Positions 16,059 through 27,900 of a stretch of DNA of 42,027 bases are shown piece by piece. Position numbers and translations under genes: made by a program. A model generated the notes under the pieces. The model did not search any database, was not told the DNA's origin, and was given only the letters and a program-made list of their open reading frames with translations. The stretch comes from a virus (lineage: Duplodnaviria > Caudoviricetes), in IMG/VR virus record IMGVR_UViG_3300025368_000004, positions 1-42,027 of that record; one strand, written 5' to 3'. The stretch's first letter is position 1. Each line of letters opens with the position of its first letter.

Positions 16059-16349
16059 TTAACCCTTCCCTTTGCCATGTTGTTGTGGCTGATATGCTTG
16101 GTTATTGAATACTGGTTGAGTACTATTGCCTACTGTATTCATGTAATTGTTTGGTTGTCCCATTATAGGTTGTCCAGATGAAACTGTGTTAACCGCTTGA
16201 CCAGGTTGACTAGGTTGCATAAGTTGACCTTGTTGGCTACCACCCTTACCTTGTGGCGCAACTCCTACAGGTGTTCCTGGAGGGTTTGCATCTTGTCCTG
16301 GTAAAGCAGAAGATGTTTTACCTCCTGACATTTGTGTTTGTTGTCCCAT
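16059..16349 (-). CDS. Q/G/P-rich small protein
   Basis: 96 aa with GGK/GKG motifs. Confidence 0.55.
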   Translation of the reverse strand: MGQQTQMSGGKTSSALPGQDANPPGTPVGVAPQGKGGSQQGQLMQPSQPGQAVNTVSSGQPIMGQPNNYMNTVGNSTQPVFNNQAYQPQQHGKGKG

Positions 16350-16358
16350 AGTTAACCT

Positions 16359-17447
16359 TTAAAAATTAGTAGCGCCATATAGATTTCCATTAACAACAAC
16401 TTCAGTTAATGAACCACTATTGCCATACGCATAACTTCCTGTAATTACAGAATCTTCAATCCAACTTGCAGTTCTGATTAATTCAGATTGAAGTGTTGTG
16501 CCATTTCTTTGTACAACTCCCGTATATTGATATCCTTGGGATTGAGTAGTAATGCCAATTCTTGACCATTGCTCTCTAATATATTGAGGAACCAAAAATA
16601 CAGGTTGTATGCCTGAAAAAGTACTCATTGTGTAAGTATTAACACTTCCTGTTGTTAAAGGATAAGATAAAATTGTTTCAAATCCAGTTATAGCCATATG
16701 ATCTAAACCTGAATCAAACATCAATGTTCCAGAACCATCAAACATTCTTAAGCCAAACCCATTGGATGAGTTTTGCAAATTATCCACAGAAAAAGCAAAA
16801 GCCTCTGGCAATGTATAACTAGCTCCAGATGCAACAAATATAGAACAGTTAACTACAAAATAAGAGGCAGTTGGGAAAAAGAAAGAATCTCCAGTAAACC
16901 AAACATCTTGCGTAGTGCTTGGTAAATTCCATAAAATAATTTTATTTCTATTTGCTCCATAGTAAAAGTTATTACTAGAAAATTGATATTGCGTATATCC
17001 AGTAACCGAAGTTGTGCTTACTGGGGTTGGGTTCATGGAAATCTTACCCAAGAATTCTGCCGCAGGAAATATATTAGATATTGACTTTTGACCAGAATCA
17101 GTCAACATATTTAACCCAAACAAAGGATTGTTAGAGGTTACTGAAAATACAAATAAAGTAGTAGCACTAGGTGTGTAATAAGTAGATCCTGCTTTGTTTG
17201 TTGCTACAAGAGTTACAGTTGCTTGACCTGAAGATGTACCTGTATACCAAGTATGCGCCCCTGCACCACATTGATAAACCCTTAAATAAGATCCATCAGA
17301 TACATTAGGATATGTATAAGTTGTCGTAGTTCCAGGGGTTTCAGGTGATCTAGTAATAATGCCAACAAAACAACGTCCACCAGAATCCGTAGGACCAACA
17401 ATTTTTGTTGTCCCATCAGATTTCCAGACGTTAAGGCCAAAACTCAT
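16359..17447 (-). CDS. Tail-associated protein with three internal repeats
   Basis: Repeated FGL-x-x-x-x-D-(S)G starts: FGLNVWKSDG, FGLNMLTDSG, FGLRMFDGSG. Confidence 0.65.
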   Translation of the reverse strand: MSFGLNVWKSDGTTKIVGPTDSGGRCFVGIITRSPETPGTTTTYTYPNVSDGSYLRVYQCGAGAHTWYTGTSSGQATVTLVATNKAGSTYYTPSATTLFVFSVTSNNPLFGLNMLTDSGQKSISNIFPAAEFLGKISMNPTPVSTTSVTGYTQYQFSSNNFYYGANRNKIILWNLPSTTQDVWFTGDSFFFPTASYFVVNCSIFVASGASYTLPEAFAFSVDNLQNSSNGFGLRMFDGSGTLMFDSGLDHMAITGFETILSYPLTTGSVNTYTMSTFSGIQPVFLVPQYIREQWSRIGITTQSQGYQYTGVVQRNGTTLQSELIRTASWIEDSVITGSYAYGNSGSLTEVVVNGNLYGATNF

Positions 17448-18457
17448 GCTGATAAATCTCCAAGTTGAACCCTAAGAGTTCCTGAAGAGTCATAAACCTT
17501 AATTACATTGTTTTGTATTAATAGTCTTGCACCTGAAGTTCCGCTTAATATCTGTACATTTCCAGAAGTATCTACTGTAAATTTACTAGCAATGTTGATG
17601 CTTCCACTATTTATAGTCGCAGAATTTAATGTTGTTGTATTAAGAGTTGTAGAATTTATTGTAGATGAGTTAACTGTTACTGCATTTAATGTACCCGCAG
17701 TAATGGTTCCAAGGTTTGCGTTTATTGCGCTTAGTGAACCCACTTTTAAAGTAGCAAGAAAAGGTGCTACCCATAATGTAAGATTCGTAGCTGGGTTGTA
17801 TATTCCATCTATTTGCCAAAGATTTTGTCCTGCATTATAAGTAGCAGGGTTGGCAGTCCAAGTTTCAGATCCACCCCAAGAGTTAGAAGGAGGAAAGGTT
17901 GCATTACCTGTAGTTGTATAAGTTGCAGGAGTACTTGCCAAAGTAACACTAGCAATTGCATACGCACTTCTACTTTGCAAACCTGTTGCAGTAGAAACAA
18001 TAGTTAAATCTATTGGTGATCCATTTGGAGCTTGCTGATACGCAGTACCTGGTGCTGATGTAGCAACAAGTAAGTTAATTTGTAAACCACCATAGGTTTG
18101 ATACCAAATTGCTTTGCCTGTAGTAAAAGTACCAACGATTTGATACCAAACATAATCAGCAGGATTGGTTGAATAAACATTAGAGTTTGTATTTCTTAAC
18201 CCGTAATATTGATTTGTGGTTAATGGAGTTGAAGAAAAGTTTGTAGCACCAGACCCATCATCTGCATAAGCAATATCTAAATATCTATAAAGATATGCAG
18301 TTGTTTGACCATTTGTAGAAGTAGCAGTTGTGTTTGAGGAGCTAACAATTCCTGTACTAAAGTTATTAGTAATAGTGGAATTAAGGTTAGCCAATATATA
18401 GTTAATTGCTCCTGCTAATTCAGAAGTCGGGGAATTTGGTTGTACAAAATATGCCAT
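17444..18457 (-). CDS. Tail tip/needle-like protein
   Basis: LSAINANLGTITAG and C-terminal IQNNVIKVYDSSGTLRVQLGDL resemble lambda J-like C-termini. Confidence 0.65.
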   Translation of the reverse strand: MAYFVQPNSPTSELAGAINYILANLNSTITNNFSTGIVSSSNTTATSTNGQTTAYLYRYLDIAYADDGSGATNFSSTPLTTNQYYGLRNTNSNVYSTNPADYVWYQIVGTFTTGKAIWYQTYGGLQINLLVATSAPGTAYQQAPNGSPIDLTIVSTATGLQSRSAYAIASVTLASTPATYTTTGNATFPPSNSWGGSETWTANPATYNAGQNLWQIDGIYNPATNLTLWVAPFLATLKVGSLSAINANLGTITAGTLNAVTVNSSTINSTTLNTTTLNSATINSGSINIASKFTVDTSGNVQILSGTSGARLLIQNNVIKVYDSSGTLRVQLGDLSA

Positions 18458-20112
18458 TAGAAAGCATCCTCAACAATCGTAGATAAGAATGTCATGGCAT
18501 TTAAATTCCATGCACTAGTTGCATCATTTGAAGCAACTTTAAGCGCAACTGTCCTTACATGATTTTGTTGCGTAGTAACCCAAGGATTTTCAGTAATTAC
18601 TTTAACAGTCTCAGTTTCTCCAAAATAAGTTGTTGAACCAACTGATGCTGCACCACCCAAAGTAATACTTATTACAGGGTTTACAGAAGGTGTACTTGTG
18701 CTTATTTCAGGAAATAATTTATGTACATACACCCTGTGCGTATAAGGTATTGGACCTCCTTCAGGATCTAACAATGTCATGTTATCTCTTTGAAATAAAG
18801 TCGATATGGCATTTCCTGAGAAAGATGTACCTTGACCTGTCTGAACAAGTTGTAAGCCTCCTGCGCCTGTATTAGGTGCATAGACAACGCATCTAGATGA
18901 TAGATTGAATGTTCCACCTGTTGTACCACCCGAATACACAGGAGCTTCTACTGCCATAGCAGAATTGTTAATTGTCTTAGGAGGATTCCATACTTTAAGA
19001 TCGTATCTGTAAGACAACATCTTATTGCAATATCCAGTAGATGTTAAATCAGGATAGTAAATCTCTACTTGATACTTTTTAGTATTGTTAACCACATGAA
19101 CGTGTTGTATGTAATTAGAGTTTAAATTGGAATAAAAGTAATTCTTTAACTTTTGATTAGCCAAAGATACAAAATTACTTCCATCAAATGCCCAAATATC
19201 TCTGGCATCTAATCCATAAACTACATCATCACCATTATCCCAACAGTTTTGATTAAGTAACCCTCTACCTCTTTTAAAAGGAGATATACCAAAAACAGGA
19301 GCTGAATAACTTTGATAGGCAATTGGAGAAAAGATTACTGTATCCCAGTAACTACAAACATAGAAATTAGGACCTAGAGGAAATCCATCAATTATTGGAC
19401 CTCTAACAGGAATTTCTAATTCGTTAGCAGTATTTGTAAGAGTTGGTGCCCAGGTTGCAGGAACACCAGTATTAGCAAAAGACTGACTCCATCTTACTGA
19501 AGTAGGATAGTTCTTTGTTGTTGTTGAAGTGCTTTTGGTTAAGTTACCCGCAATAAGAATATTACCAATATTTGGAGAGGAATATTCTCTAACAAACGCT
19601 GCTTTGACAGATGTAATACCTAATGAACTTTCATAGTTCCAAACATAAGTATTAGGTGTTTGATCAGAATAAGCATTGTCATACAGACGTATTTGCGTAT
19701 CTGAAGGCAATAAATACATTGGCGGGTTAATGCTATCGTTAATGATAAACACTTGCCCAATCCAAGAACCTGTTATTGCAGGATTGGATGAATAACCTGT
19801 ACCAACAAATGGTGATGGAGGAGTTATTGTAGAAATACCTGCGTTATCTAACTTGTACCAAATACCTGCTGAAGTAGCAATAACGTATGTCCAGTTATTG
19901 TTATACCTAAAACCACCTTCAATAAAAATTATGTTTCCAGTTATTGCATTTAATATGGATATTTCCCCATCAACCTTTTTAATTCCACGAACATCTGCTT
20001 CAATGTTTGCACCATTGTTATATTCGTTTGGCAATAGAGCATTACTTGGCACATCAGGTGTAAAGCTCATGTTTAAAAAAGGTACTCTTAGAGGTGTATA
20101 TCCATCAGCCAT
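18457..20112 (-). CDS. Tail nozzle/tubular protein (P22 gp10-like beta-propeller)
   Basis: 551 aa, beta-rich, VRWS motif; podovirus synteny. Confidence 0.65.
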   Translation of the reverse strand: MADGYTPLRVPFLNMSFTPDVPSNALLPNEYNNGANIEADVRGIKKVDGEISILNAITGNIIFIEGGFRYNNNWTYVIATSAGIWYKLDNAGISTITPPSPFVGTGYSSNPAITGSWIGQVFIINDSINPPMYLLPSDTQIRLYDNAYSDQTPNTYVWNYESSLGITSVKAAFVREYSSPNIGNILIAGNLTKSTSTTTKNYPTSVRWSQSFANTGVPATWAPTLTNTANELEIPVRGPIIDGFPLGPNFYVCSYWDTVIFSPIAYQSYSAPVFGISPFKRGRGLLNQNCWDNGDDVVYGLDARDIWAFDGSNFVSLANQKLKNYFYSNLNSNYIQHVHVVNNTKKYQVEIYYPDLTSTGYCNKMLSYRYDLKVWNPPKTINNSAMAVEAPVYSGGTTGGTFNLSSRCVVYAPNTGAGGLQLVQTGQGTSFSGNAISTLFQRDNMTLLDPEGGPIPYTHRVYVHKLFPEISTSTPSVNPVISITLGGAASVGSTTYFGETETVKVITENPWVTTQQNHVRTVALKVASNDATSAWNLNAMTFLSTIVEDAF

Positions 20113-20114
20113 GA

Positions 20115-20396
20115 TTAAAATTTCCCTTCGGAAAAGACATTAACAAAGACTGTATTATCCTCTAGTGCCTCAATTTCGTGCCATTCATTCTCTATCAGGT
20201 TAATGGGTTGAGTCTCTTTGGTAACAACAATTTCTTTTCCTTCTTTCCTTATGTAGCAAGAACCAGAAGTGCAAAATGTTGCATGAGCATAAGTGTGGCT
20301 ATGCTTTGGTAAACCTTCACCTTTGTTGGCATGAAATATATTAATTCTTGCGCCATCATAAGTAAAAGAATGAGATGGTCCTATATTAATAGTCAT
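20115..20396 (-). CDS. Cupin-domain protein
   Basis: LPKHSHTYAHATFCTSGS...WHEIEALEDNTVFVNV. Confidence 0.8.
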   Translation of the reverse strand: MTINIGPSHSFTYDGARINIFHANKGEGLPKHSHTYAHATFCTSGSCYIRKEGKEIVVTKETQPINLIENEWHEIEALEDNTVFVNVFSEGKF

Positions 20397-20863
20397 AATG
20401 TTTGTGTTCCCGTTGATATGGGTTGAGGCTCTGTTGGATCAATAACTATTTCATTTAGATCTACAGGGTTTTCTTTTAGTAAACCAAACTCAACCAATCC
20501 TTGAGCAAAGTTATATTTGTTTTGTATTTGATTGTTTTTTATAACTTGATCACTTGGAGGTTTACTAGGAAGAACCTTTGTTCCATCAGGCAATACAACG
20601 TCAGCAGTAGAAGCTCTTGTTATTTGATTGCTTTGATTCACTAAACTATGAATAAAACCTAAATCTGGATTTGCATTCTTTGCCTCCATTACTTCTTGAG
20701 GAGGAGTAAATTGTTTTATAACCGCTTCAAGTTCTTCTTGGTTAGTGGGAAGCGGAGCTTTGAGTTGAATTTTTGCCCAACCACCATCATCAAAAATAAC
20801 ATCTAACTGTTTTTCAGTTTCGTTAAAGTTAGTAATTGTATAGTTAACTAATGTGTGATCCAT
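20393..20863 (-). CDS. Hypothetical protein, possible fibre chaperone
   Basis: Directly follows the Gly-rich adhesin gene. Confidence 0.6.
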   Translation of the reverse strand: MDHTLVNYTITNFNETEKQLDVIFDDGGWAKIQLKAPLPTNQEELEAVIKQFTPPQEVMEAKNANPDLGFIHSLVNQSNQITRASTADVVLPDGTKVLPSKPPSDQVIKNNQIQNKYNFAQGLVEFGLLKENPVDLNEIVIDPTEPQPISTGTQTL

Positions 20864-20866
20864 GAT

Positions 20867-22147
20867 TTATCCTAAGTTTCCTAATACTGTTCCAGAGTTG
20901 TTAAGTGTAGTCGATGCACTGCCTTTAACTAAATAATATCCCGCTGCACCACCACCTGTACCACCAACTCCAGGAACACCACCGCCACCAGGTAATCCAT
21001 TCGTATAATTTCCATTTCCTCCAGTACCTCCTGGAAATCCAGTACCTCCTGTGCCACCAGTTGCACCTGCGTTGCCATAAGTTCCACCTGTTCCCCCAGT
21101 ACCTCCAGTACCGCCAGTACCGCCTGTCCCACCTGATCCCGCATTAGTTCCCCCTCCTGATCCTGGAGTTCCTCCTGTTCCTGTTGATGCTGCAGTACCT
21201 GTAGAATTGCTTTGGTTATAACCTTGTCCTTGACCACCTGCCCCTCCAGCACTACCTGCACCACCACCACCTCCAGAACCTCCAGATGTGTAAACAGTTG
21301 TATAAATTGGTGTAGAGTAATATTGACCTATTGTGTAATATGAATAATATCTAGTTGCTCTTACACAAGCACAACGATAAGAAGTTAAAACTTGTCTACA
21401 ACTAACAATATAACTATTCCCACCATAAGACCAAGTATTTCCTGCAATATTGTTAGTTCCTCCACAACTTGTGAAGAATGGTATTCCTACATTGCTTCCA
21501 GACCAATATGCGGTACAGTTATATCCACCATGACCATTATCTGAATAAACATAAGAAGCAGGAGAACCTGTGTTGTAAGCATAGTTGTAACCCGTGTTAT
21601 ATCCAGATATGTAAGTATAATAACCTTGCCCACCTTGACCCCCTGTTCCTCCATACCCGCCAGAACCTCCCGCACCGCCTCCACCTCCACCACCCTCAAT
21701 AACACCAAAGTTATTAATAGTTACAGTTTGGTTCGGATATGCCGCATACAAAGCAGGACCACCAGTACCGCTATTTGCTGCACCTCCCGCACCCGCAATA
21801 GTTCCATAATTATTTAAAACTACAGAAGATCCACTAGGAAACTGTCCTATGTTAAGTGCATAATTCCCTGTGCTTGTAGCTCCTGCGACACCAGATGCTC
21901 CAATTAGTACTTTATATGTAGTTACAGTAGCGGGGGAACCAAATGTACTTGTGTACACATTGTAGTTAGTTACTGTAGAGTTGATGTACGCAGAAGCATG
22001 AGCATTATTTAAATTAGTATTGGTTGCACTTTGATTTGTCATCAACAAAAATGTTGAATCATTAAAACTGAACGAAGCAGTCGATGACCTACCTAAAGCG
22101 GTATTTATGTCAGATACTGCAATTTGTCCAGTTATAGGTGTAGCCAT
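20867..22147 (-). CDS. Glycine-rich receptor-binding adhesin (T-even gp38-like)
   Basis: NNYGTIAGAGG, NFGVIEGGGGGGG, GGAAGYY...NSGTVLG polyglycine motifs around a Tyr/Cys-rich insert. Confidence 0.7.
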   Translation of the reverse strand: MATPITGQIAVSDINTALGRSSTASFSFNDSTFLLMTNQSATNTNLNNAHASAYINSTVTNYNVYTSTFGSPATVTTYKVLIGASGVAGATSTGNYALNIGQFPSGSSVVLNNYGTIAGAGGAANSGTGGPALYAAYPNQTVTINNFGVIEGGGGGGGAGGSGGYGGTGGQGGQGYYTYISGYNTGYNYAYNTGSPASYVYSDNGHGGYNCTAYWSGSNVGIPFFTSCGGTNNIAGNTWSYGGNSYIVSCRQVLTSYRCACVRATRYYSYYTIGQYYSTPIYTTVYTSGGSGGGGGAGSAGGAGGQGQGYNQSNSTGTAASTGTGGTPGSGGGTNAGSGGTGGTGGTGGTGGTGGTYGNAGATGGTGGTGFPGGTGGNGNYTNGLPGGGGVPGVGGTGGGAAGYYLVKGSASTTLNNSGTVLGNLG

Positions 22148-23418
22148 TATGGTGTTCCATAAGCAGTAATGTTAGCTTTAGCTATAAAGTTACCAGATGA
22201 ATCAAAAGAACCCACATTAGTCCCGTTGTAATTAAAATACAACTTAGTACCACTAGGGGTAACAGACCATCCACCAGTATTTGAAATTCCATTTCCAGTA
22301 GGACCAGTTGGTCCCGTTGGTCCCGTTGCACCTGTGTTTCCTTGTACACCTTGAATCCCCTGTGCGCCAGTTGGTCCTGTATTTCCCGTAGAACCCTGTG
22401 GTCCTGTTGGTCCTACAACTGTAGATGCTGCACCCGTAGGTCCTGTCGGACCAATAGATCCATTAGCTCCATTTGCTCCTGTGGGACCTGTTGGTCCAGT
22501 TGAGCCATTAGAACCTTGCGGTCCTGTTGGTCCAGTTGGACCATTTGTTCCATTAGATCCTGTAGGTCCTGTAGGTCCGTTTGTTCCGCTTGTACCATTT
22601 GCTCCAGTCGGTCCTGTTGGTCCGTTAGCAGGTCCAGTAGGTCCTGTTGTTCCTGTTGGGCCCGTAGGTCCTGCAATAGTAGATTGTGCGCCTGTGGGAC
22701 CCGTAGGACCTGTTAAACCTATACTGCCAGTTGGTCCTGTAGGACCTTGAACTCCAGTTGGTCCAGTTGGTCCTTGTGGTCCAACAATCTGTCCTGCGTT
22801 GTACCAAGAAGTTCCGTTCCAAATGTATAAATCACTATTTGAGCTTACGATATAAGCATCATTAATATTGTTACCAGTAGCAGGTAGGCTTGCAGGAGTA
22901 GCAACTGTACCCTTAATGTTTATAGATGTTCCCTGTGGTCCTGTGGGACCAATTACACCAGTAGAACCTGTAGGTCCCGTGGGTCCTGTAGGTCCAGTTA
23001 ATCCAATAGACCCAGTAGGTCCTGTTGGACCAATCGGACCAGTTGCACCAGTTAATCCAATCGGTCCTGTTGGACCAGTTAACCCAATTGAACCTGTCGG
23101 ACCAGTTGGTCCAATTATTGGAGGGATAAAGAATATTGCAGGGGTTGACCAGGTAAGAGTTGAAGGGCTAATAGAGTTAACTACTGCCTGTGAAACCCAT
23201 AAATCATTACCAGTAGAAGTTATAGGAGTTGCTGACCATCCAGTTGGAGGAGTTCCTACATTTGTAACAAAATTCCAAGAGCCACCAGTTGGAGTAGAGG
23301 GTGCAGTTGCACTTTGGATATAAATATACCAAATAAAGTAAGTGACAGTATTGTTCCCCTGAACCCCGTACAGTCCATCACTTGACCCACTACCCGTATA
23401 GTAGCTACTTGTTATCAT
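22147..23418 (-). CDS. Collagen-like (Gly-Pro-Thr) tail fibre
   Basis: Long GPT/GXY repeats; C-terminal [19 protein letters not shown]. Confidence 0.85.
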   Translation of the reverse strand: MITSSYYTGSGSSDGLYGVQGNNTVTYFIWYIYIQSATAPSTPTGGSWNFVTNVGTPPTGWSATPITSTGNDLWVSQAVVNSISPSTLTWSTPAIFFIPPIIGPTGPTGSIGLTGPTGPIGLTGATGPIGPTGPTGSIGLTGPTGPTGPTGSTGVIGPTGPQGTSINIKGTVATPASLPATGNNINDAYIVSSNSDLYIWNGTSWYNAGQIVGPQGPTGPTGVQGPTGPTGSIGLTGPTGPTGAQSTIAGPTGPTGTTGPTGPANGPTGPTGANGTSGTNGPTGPTGSNGTNGPTGPTGPQGSNGSTGPTGPTGANGANGSIGPTGPTGAASTVVGPTGPQGSTGNTGPTGAQGIQGVQGNTGATGPTGPTGPTGNGISNTGGWSVTPSGTKLYFNYNGTNVGSFDSSGNFIAKANITAYGTP

Positions 23419-24473
23419 GTTATTTCTTCTTCCATTTTCTCAAGATTATTAATTAACCTAGTATCTGTTGGATTGAACTTTAAAGCCTTTTTACAATACT
23501 CTCTTGCCTTGTCTTTTAAACCAATATGCCATGCAGAAATACTGGCTAAATCCCAAGGTTTTTCAGTCCAAGCACTTGGATCCATTGTGTAAATCGCTTC
23601 CTTGTCTGTTATTTTCAATGCAGTCATTGCACTTGAATAACACTCTTCCCACATAGAACATCTGTAAGAATACATTGCTAAATCTAACCAAGGTTCTCTA
23701 GTGTTAGGAGCTTCTGCACAAGCCAACCTGTACCATTTTAGGCATTCCCAATGGTTAGCCAATTCTTCATAGCTTTTGCCTAATAATCTCATCGCATAGC
23801 ATCTTTCATTAATCCAAGTGGCTTCAGGCATTTTTAAATACTTATGTAAAGCATCTATAGCCTCTTGCCAACGATAATTAAAGGTTAACTCTCTGCAATG
23901 ATAAAAAGCATTCCTTGGACAATGTGGATCTTCTTTAACCGCCATCTCTAGTAAATCCATATACTGACCTCTTGATTTTGTTGGATCAGGTTTATGAACT
24001 ACTAACAACATATCTGTTTGTGCCCAAACTTCTACAGTTCTTGGGTCTGGAATTGGATACTCATGAACCGCATGATGAAAAAAATAACCTTTTTTAGCAA
24101 AAATCTTTTCATAATAAAAAGCAATTCCCGCACCCCAATCAAATTTATATCTTAATCTAGTCGTTCCAGGTGTCCAAACTCTTTTAATTTCTTCTCGCCA
24201 ACCAGGCTGAAGTTCTTCATCTAAATCAAGACTAACAACAATGTCTATGTCTTTTGGCAAAAGAGCTAAAGCAGCATTTCTTGCAAGATCAAATCTCCAA
24301 GGATTAATACATATTTCATGCACTATTGCTCCATTTTCTATTGCCAAATCTACAGTATTGTCAGTTGAACCAGTATCTGCAATAAGTATTAAGTCTGCGC
24401 CTTTGGCAGAATCACAAAATCTTTTTACAAATTTTTCTTCATTTTTACTAATTGCACAAACCGCTATCTTCAT
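23415..24473 (-). CDS. Glycosyltransferase family 2 with TPR C-terminus
   Basis: [28 protein letters not shown] (DxD) and VHE motifs; helical TPR-like tail. Confidence 0.9.
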   Translation of the reverse strand: MKIAVCAISKNEEKFVKRFCDSAKGADLILIADTGSTDNTVDLAIENGAIVHEICINPWRFDLARNAALALLPKDIDIVVSLDLDEELQPGWREEIKRVWTPGTTRLRYKFDWGAGIAFYYEKIFAKKGYFFHHAVHEYPIPDPRTVEVWAQTDMLLVVHKPDPTKSRGQYMDLLEMAVKEDPHCPRNAFYHCRELTFNYRWQEAIDALHKYLKMPEATWINERCYAMRLLGKSYEELANHWECLKWYRLACAEAPNTREPWLDLAMYSYRCSMWEECYSSAMTALKITDKEAIYTMDPSAWTEKPWDLASISAWHIGLKDKAREYCKKALKFNPTDTRLINNLEKMEEEIT

Positions 24474-24483
24474 AATCTAATCC

Positions 24484-24690
24484 CTATAAAATCAAAAATC
24501 TAGATCCATTCGGTACAGTAACAGTAACTCCATTGCTTAATGTAATAGGTCCAATTGCATGAGCAGAATAACCAGTTGGAATAACCACAGACGTACTCAA
24601 AGTCATAGAGTTAATTATTAACCCTTGAACACTTAACCCACCAGTAGTAGGAATAAGTTTGTCTGCTACGTTGTCTTGGTTAATAGCCAT
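24484..24690 (-). CDS. Small fibre-associated protein
   Basis: GPITLSNGVTVTVPNGSRFLIL C-terminus. Confidence 0.65.
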   Translation of the reverse strand: MAINQDNVADKLIPTTGGLSVQGLIINSMTLSTSVVIPTGYSAHAIGPITLSNGVTVTVPNGSRFLIL

Positions 24691-24692
24691 GA

Positions 24693-24968
24693 TTAAACGT
24701 CCGTTGCGCCTTGGTATTGAGACATTGTTTTAAGAACCTCATAGATTGCAGGCATGAGTTCGCCTTTACCCGCTAAGTCTGCTAATCCAATGTAGTGTGC
24801 ATCTTCTCTTACAGGGCTTAGATTTGAATCTCTAGCATCCTTTGAGAAATGCACAGATACCTGTACTTGAATGTTATCTTTGTTACCAAAAAAGTTTGTA
24901 ACTCTAGCGTAAGCCTCTGGTGCTGGTGCGCCAAATTGAGTTGTGCCTAAGTTTAGTTTAAGTGCCAT
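24693..24968 (-). CDS. Small protein, possible fibre chaperone
   Basis: AAGGA RBS; ends YEVLKT...YQGATDV. Confidence 0.65.
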   Translation of the reverse strand: MALKLNLGTTQFGAPAPEAYARVTNFFGNKDNIQVQVSVHFSKDARDSNLSPVREDAHYIGLADLAGKGELMPAIYEVLKTMSQYQGATDV

Positions 24969-24977
24969 GTTAGTTCC

Positions 24978-27900
24978 TTAATATGCCAATTCGTTAGTTT
25001 CTACCCTAGCTGACCATCTAATTGTAGTAGAGGCAACCCCTGTAACTTGTATCTGTAATGCTCCATTAGTCGTGTCTGCTACTGCCGCTACGTTTGATAA
25101 TGTACCCCATCCTGCTGATATAGCACCTGTTGTAGCTCCCAGTAATGTTACTGTTGGTGTTCCAACTAATGCAGTTGTTCCTACTCCGTTGCCCCTAGAT
25201 ATAACACCAAGTATTTGCCATCCCGCAATATCAGTTGTGTTTGCTGAGTTGTGCGCTGATATTAATACTCTAAATGTATATACAGATACTGTGCTTGTTT
25301 GACCATTAGGCAATACTACTTGGTTTGTTGAACCCGCAGCACTTCCATCTGAAGTTAATGCAACTGCTCCTGTTGTGGTTGTTGCTGTTGCTAATATCAA
25401 TGCTCCCGCTTGAGTAGACCCTACAGCTGATGTAAGTGGCTGATAAGAACTAAATACAAAATAACCAGTAATACCTCTTGTTGTAGAACCATAGCCACCA
25501 ATTGAAGAAGAATATCCACCAGTTGCAGAATTGTTATATCCACTACCTACAAAAGAACGTGTCCCACTTGCCGTGTTAATAATTCCACCGCCAACAAAAG
25601 CTCCATCTACTGTTGCAGAATTATTTGTACCACCTACAACAGTTGACCTAAATCCACTAGCAGTATTAATTTGACCCCCACCAACAAAACTCCAATCTCC
25701 AGATGCTACATTTCGTTGTGAAGAAGTACCCGCATCACCACCACCACCAATAAAGCTATAAGAACCTGTTGCTTGGTTATTTCCTCCTCCTACTACTACT
25801 CCATGAGGTGTGTAGAAAGATAGGGTTATACCCGCAGCAGTCGTTGCGTTTTGAGATATTGTGAATGTATAAGCAGTTCCTGTTATTGTCGTAGAGGCTA
25901 CTGTCTGAGATGCTGAAACTGTCCAAGTAGAACCAGAGCCTGAAACAATGTATGTTCCCGCAGTAACCCCTGTTCCTGTTAATACTTGTCCTGCTATTAT
26001 TGTTCCAGAAGTTAAAGAACCTACTGTAAGAGTTGTACCTGAGATAGTGGATGTTGCCATTACCGCAGGAGTTCCTGTTGTTACAGATGATGTTGCGTAG
26101 GTATTGCCTGATACTCCTGTACCTGTTACATATTGACCAACTTTAATGTTGGCATTAGTAGATGTTAAATAAACTGTGGTTTGAGCAGTTAAAGCAATGG
26201 TTGTAGCTTGAGTTGTTACTGTAGAACCTGAAGTTCCAGTATTTGTATAACCACCGCCAATAAAATTATAAAATCCAGGTGCAAAATTAGCGTTTCCACC
26301 AACAGCAACTGCAAAAGTGCCAGATACTGAATTTGAAATTCCACCGCCTATAAAAGAATAAACAGGAGAACCAGAAATACTGTTATTAGTCCCGCCTCCA
26401 ATAAAATTATAATTACTGCCACTACAATAATTATTGTAACCACCAGCAACTGTAGAAGAATATGATGATGCTGTATTTTGATATCCACCTGCAACAGTTC
26501 CATATTGTCCAGAAGCCGTATTATTTTGACCACCACCAACGACTGATTGCGATGCAGATGCAACTTGAGTTGCCGCAGTTCTATTTGTCTGCCAATCAAC
26601 CGCATTAGCACCCCTAGCATTACCACCTGTAGCACTAGATGTAGTCTGTTGTGCTTGTAATGCTCCTGTTCCTGCGGGTTGTACAAATAGAGAACCATCG
26701 TTCTGTAAACCTATTGTTGACACACCGCTAAATGAAAGTGTAGGTGTTCCGTAAACTGCGACTGTTGTGGTTGGGACGTAAGTGTTTGCTACAGAACCAA
26801 TTTCTACTTGTGCACCCCAAATATATATGTTTGAAGTTGTGGCTCCAGTATAAGAAGGGAATCTTGAGCCGTCTGTATTATTTGTAAATGCTATATTTGC
26901 AGATAAACTTCCACTTGAGGGAATTGTAGAAATAGAACATCTATACCAACCATTTCCTGCTGAAACTATAGATGCCGTAACACCACCAGAGACACTGCTT
27001 GTTGATACAGTTAATAGATTAAAGTTTGCAGAACCAGTAGAAGCTCCACCAAAAGATAATTGAAACCAATTTGGCGCTGTTGCTCCATTGCCGATTTTTG
27101 CATAAACAGAAAAAGTATAAGAAGTTGCTACAGATGTAACAAAAATTGAAAATAAAGTGTGTGAAGATGTTGCTGTTGTTTCTGCTAATAAAGAAGCAGT
27201 AGATGTTCCATCTGGCGCAGTTGTGCTATTTGTCGTTACAGTTGTACTATTTGTTGTCCAAGTGCTGAAAGTTTGACTTTGCGTAATTAAATTTTCACCA
27301 GTACCCTTTAACGTCTCAGTCTGTCCTGTAATAGTAGTAAACGTACCTGTAGATGGTGTAGTTCCTCCTATTACTGTGTTGTCTATAGTTAGACCAGTTA
27401 GTGCAGATGTGAATGTAGGTGCGCCCGTACCGCCAGACACTAAAGGTTGTCCGCTAGTACCAGGTGTATTTAAAGCTAAAGCACTTGCTCCAGAATATGT
27501 AACCGCACCCGCACTAGCCGTTAAACTGGCATTAGTACCGCCCTTGTTTAACGCTATGTTGTTTCCGTTCCACGTTGCATTGGTTATAGAACCCGCATAA
27601 CTTAATGTATTGGTTGACCAAGATACGTTTGATGGTGCGGCAAAATGATAATCCCAAGATCCTGCGGCACTACTATTTGATAACAATACTAAAGTTACAT
27701 AACCACCTGATGGGATTCCACCAGATATTATTGATGTACCAGAGTTGTTATTTAAAGTAATTGCACCACTACTTTGATTATTATTAAATGTAAATGTTGC
27801 GCCATTTGGCAATGTAGTTGCGTTTGGTAGTTGGAATGTTTGTCCACCAGTTCCAGTTACATACCAATTTTGTACAGATGCCGAAGTTAAAACTTGAGTT

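Noticed and set aside
20867-22147. Diversity-generating retroelement target
   Set aside because: No reverse transcriptase and no template/variable repeat pair seen.
22413-23323. Alternative-frame and antisense ORFs over the collagen repeats (also 28037-28704)
   Set aside because: These are by-products of GGN-CCN-ACN periodicity, with no RBS or domain motifs, unlike the antisense HNH gene.
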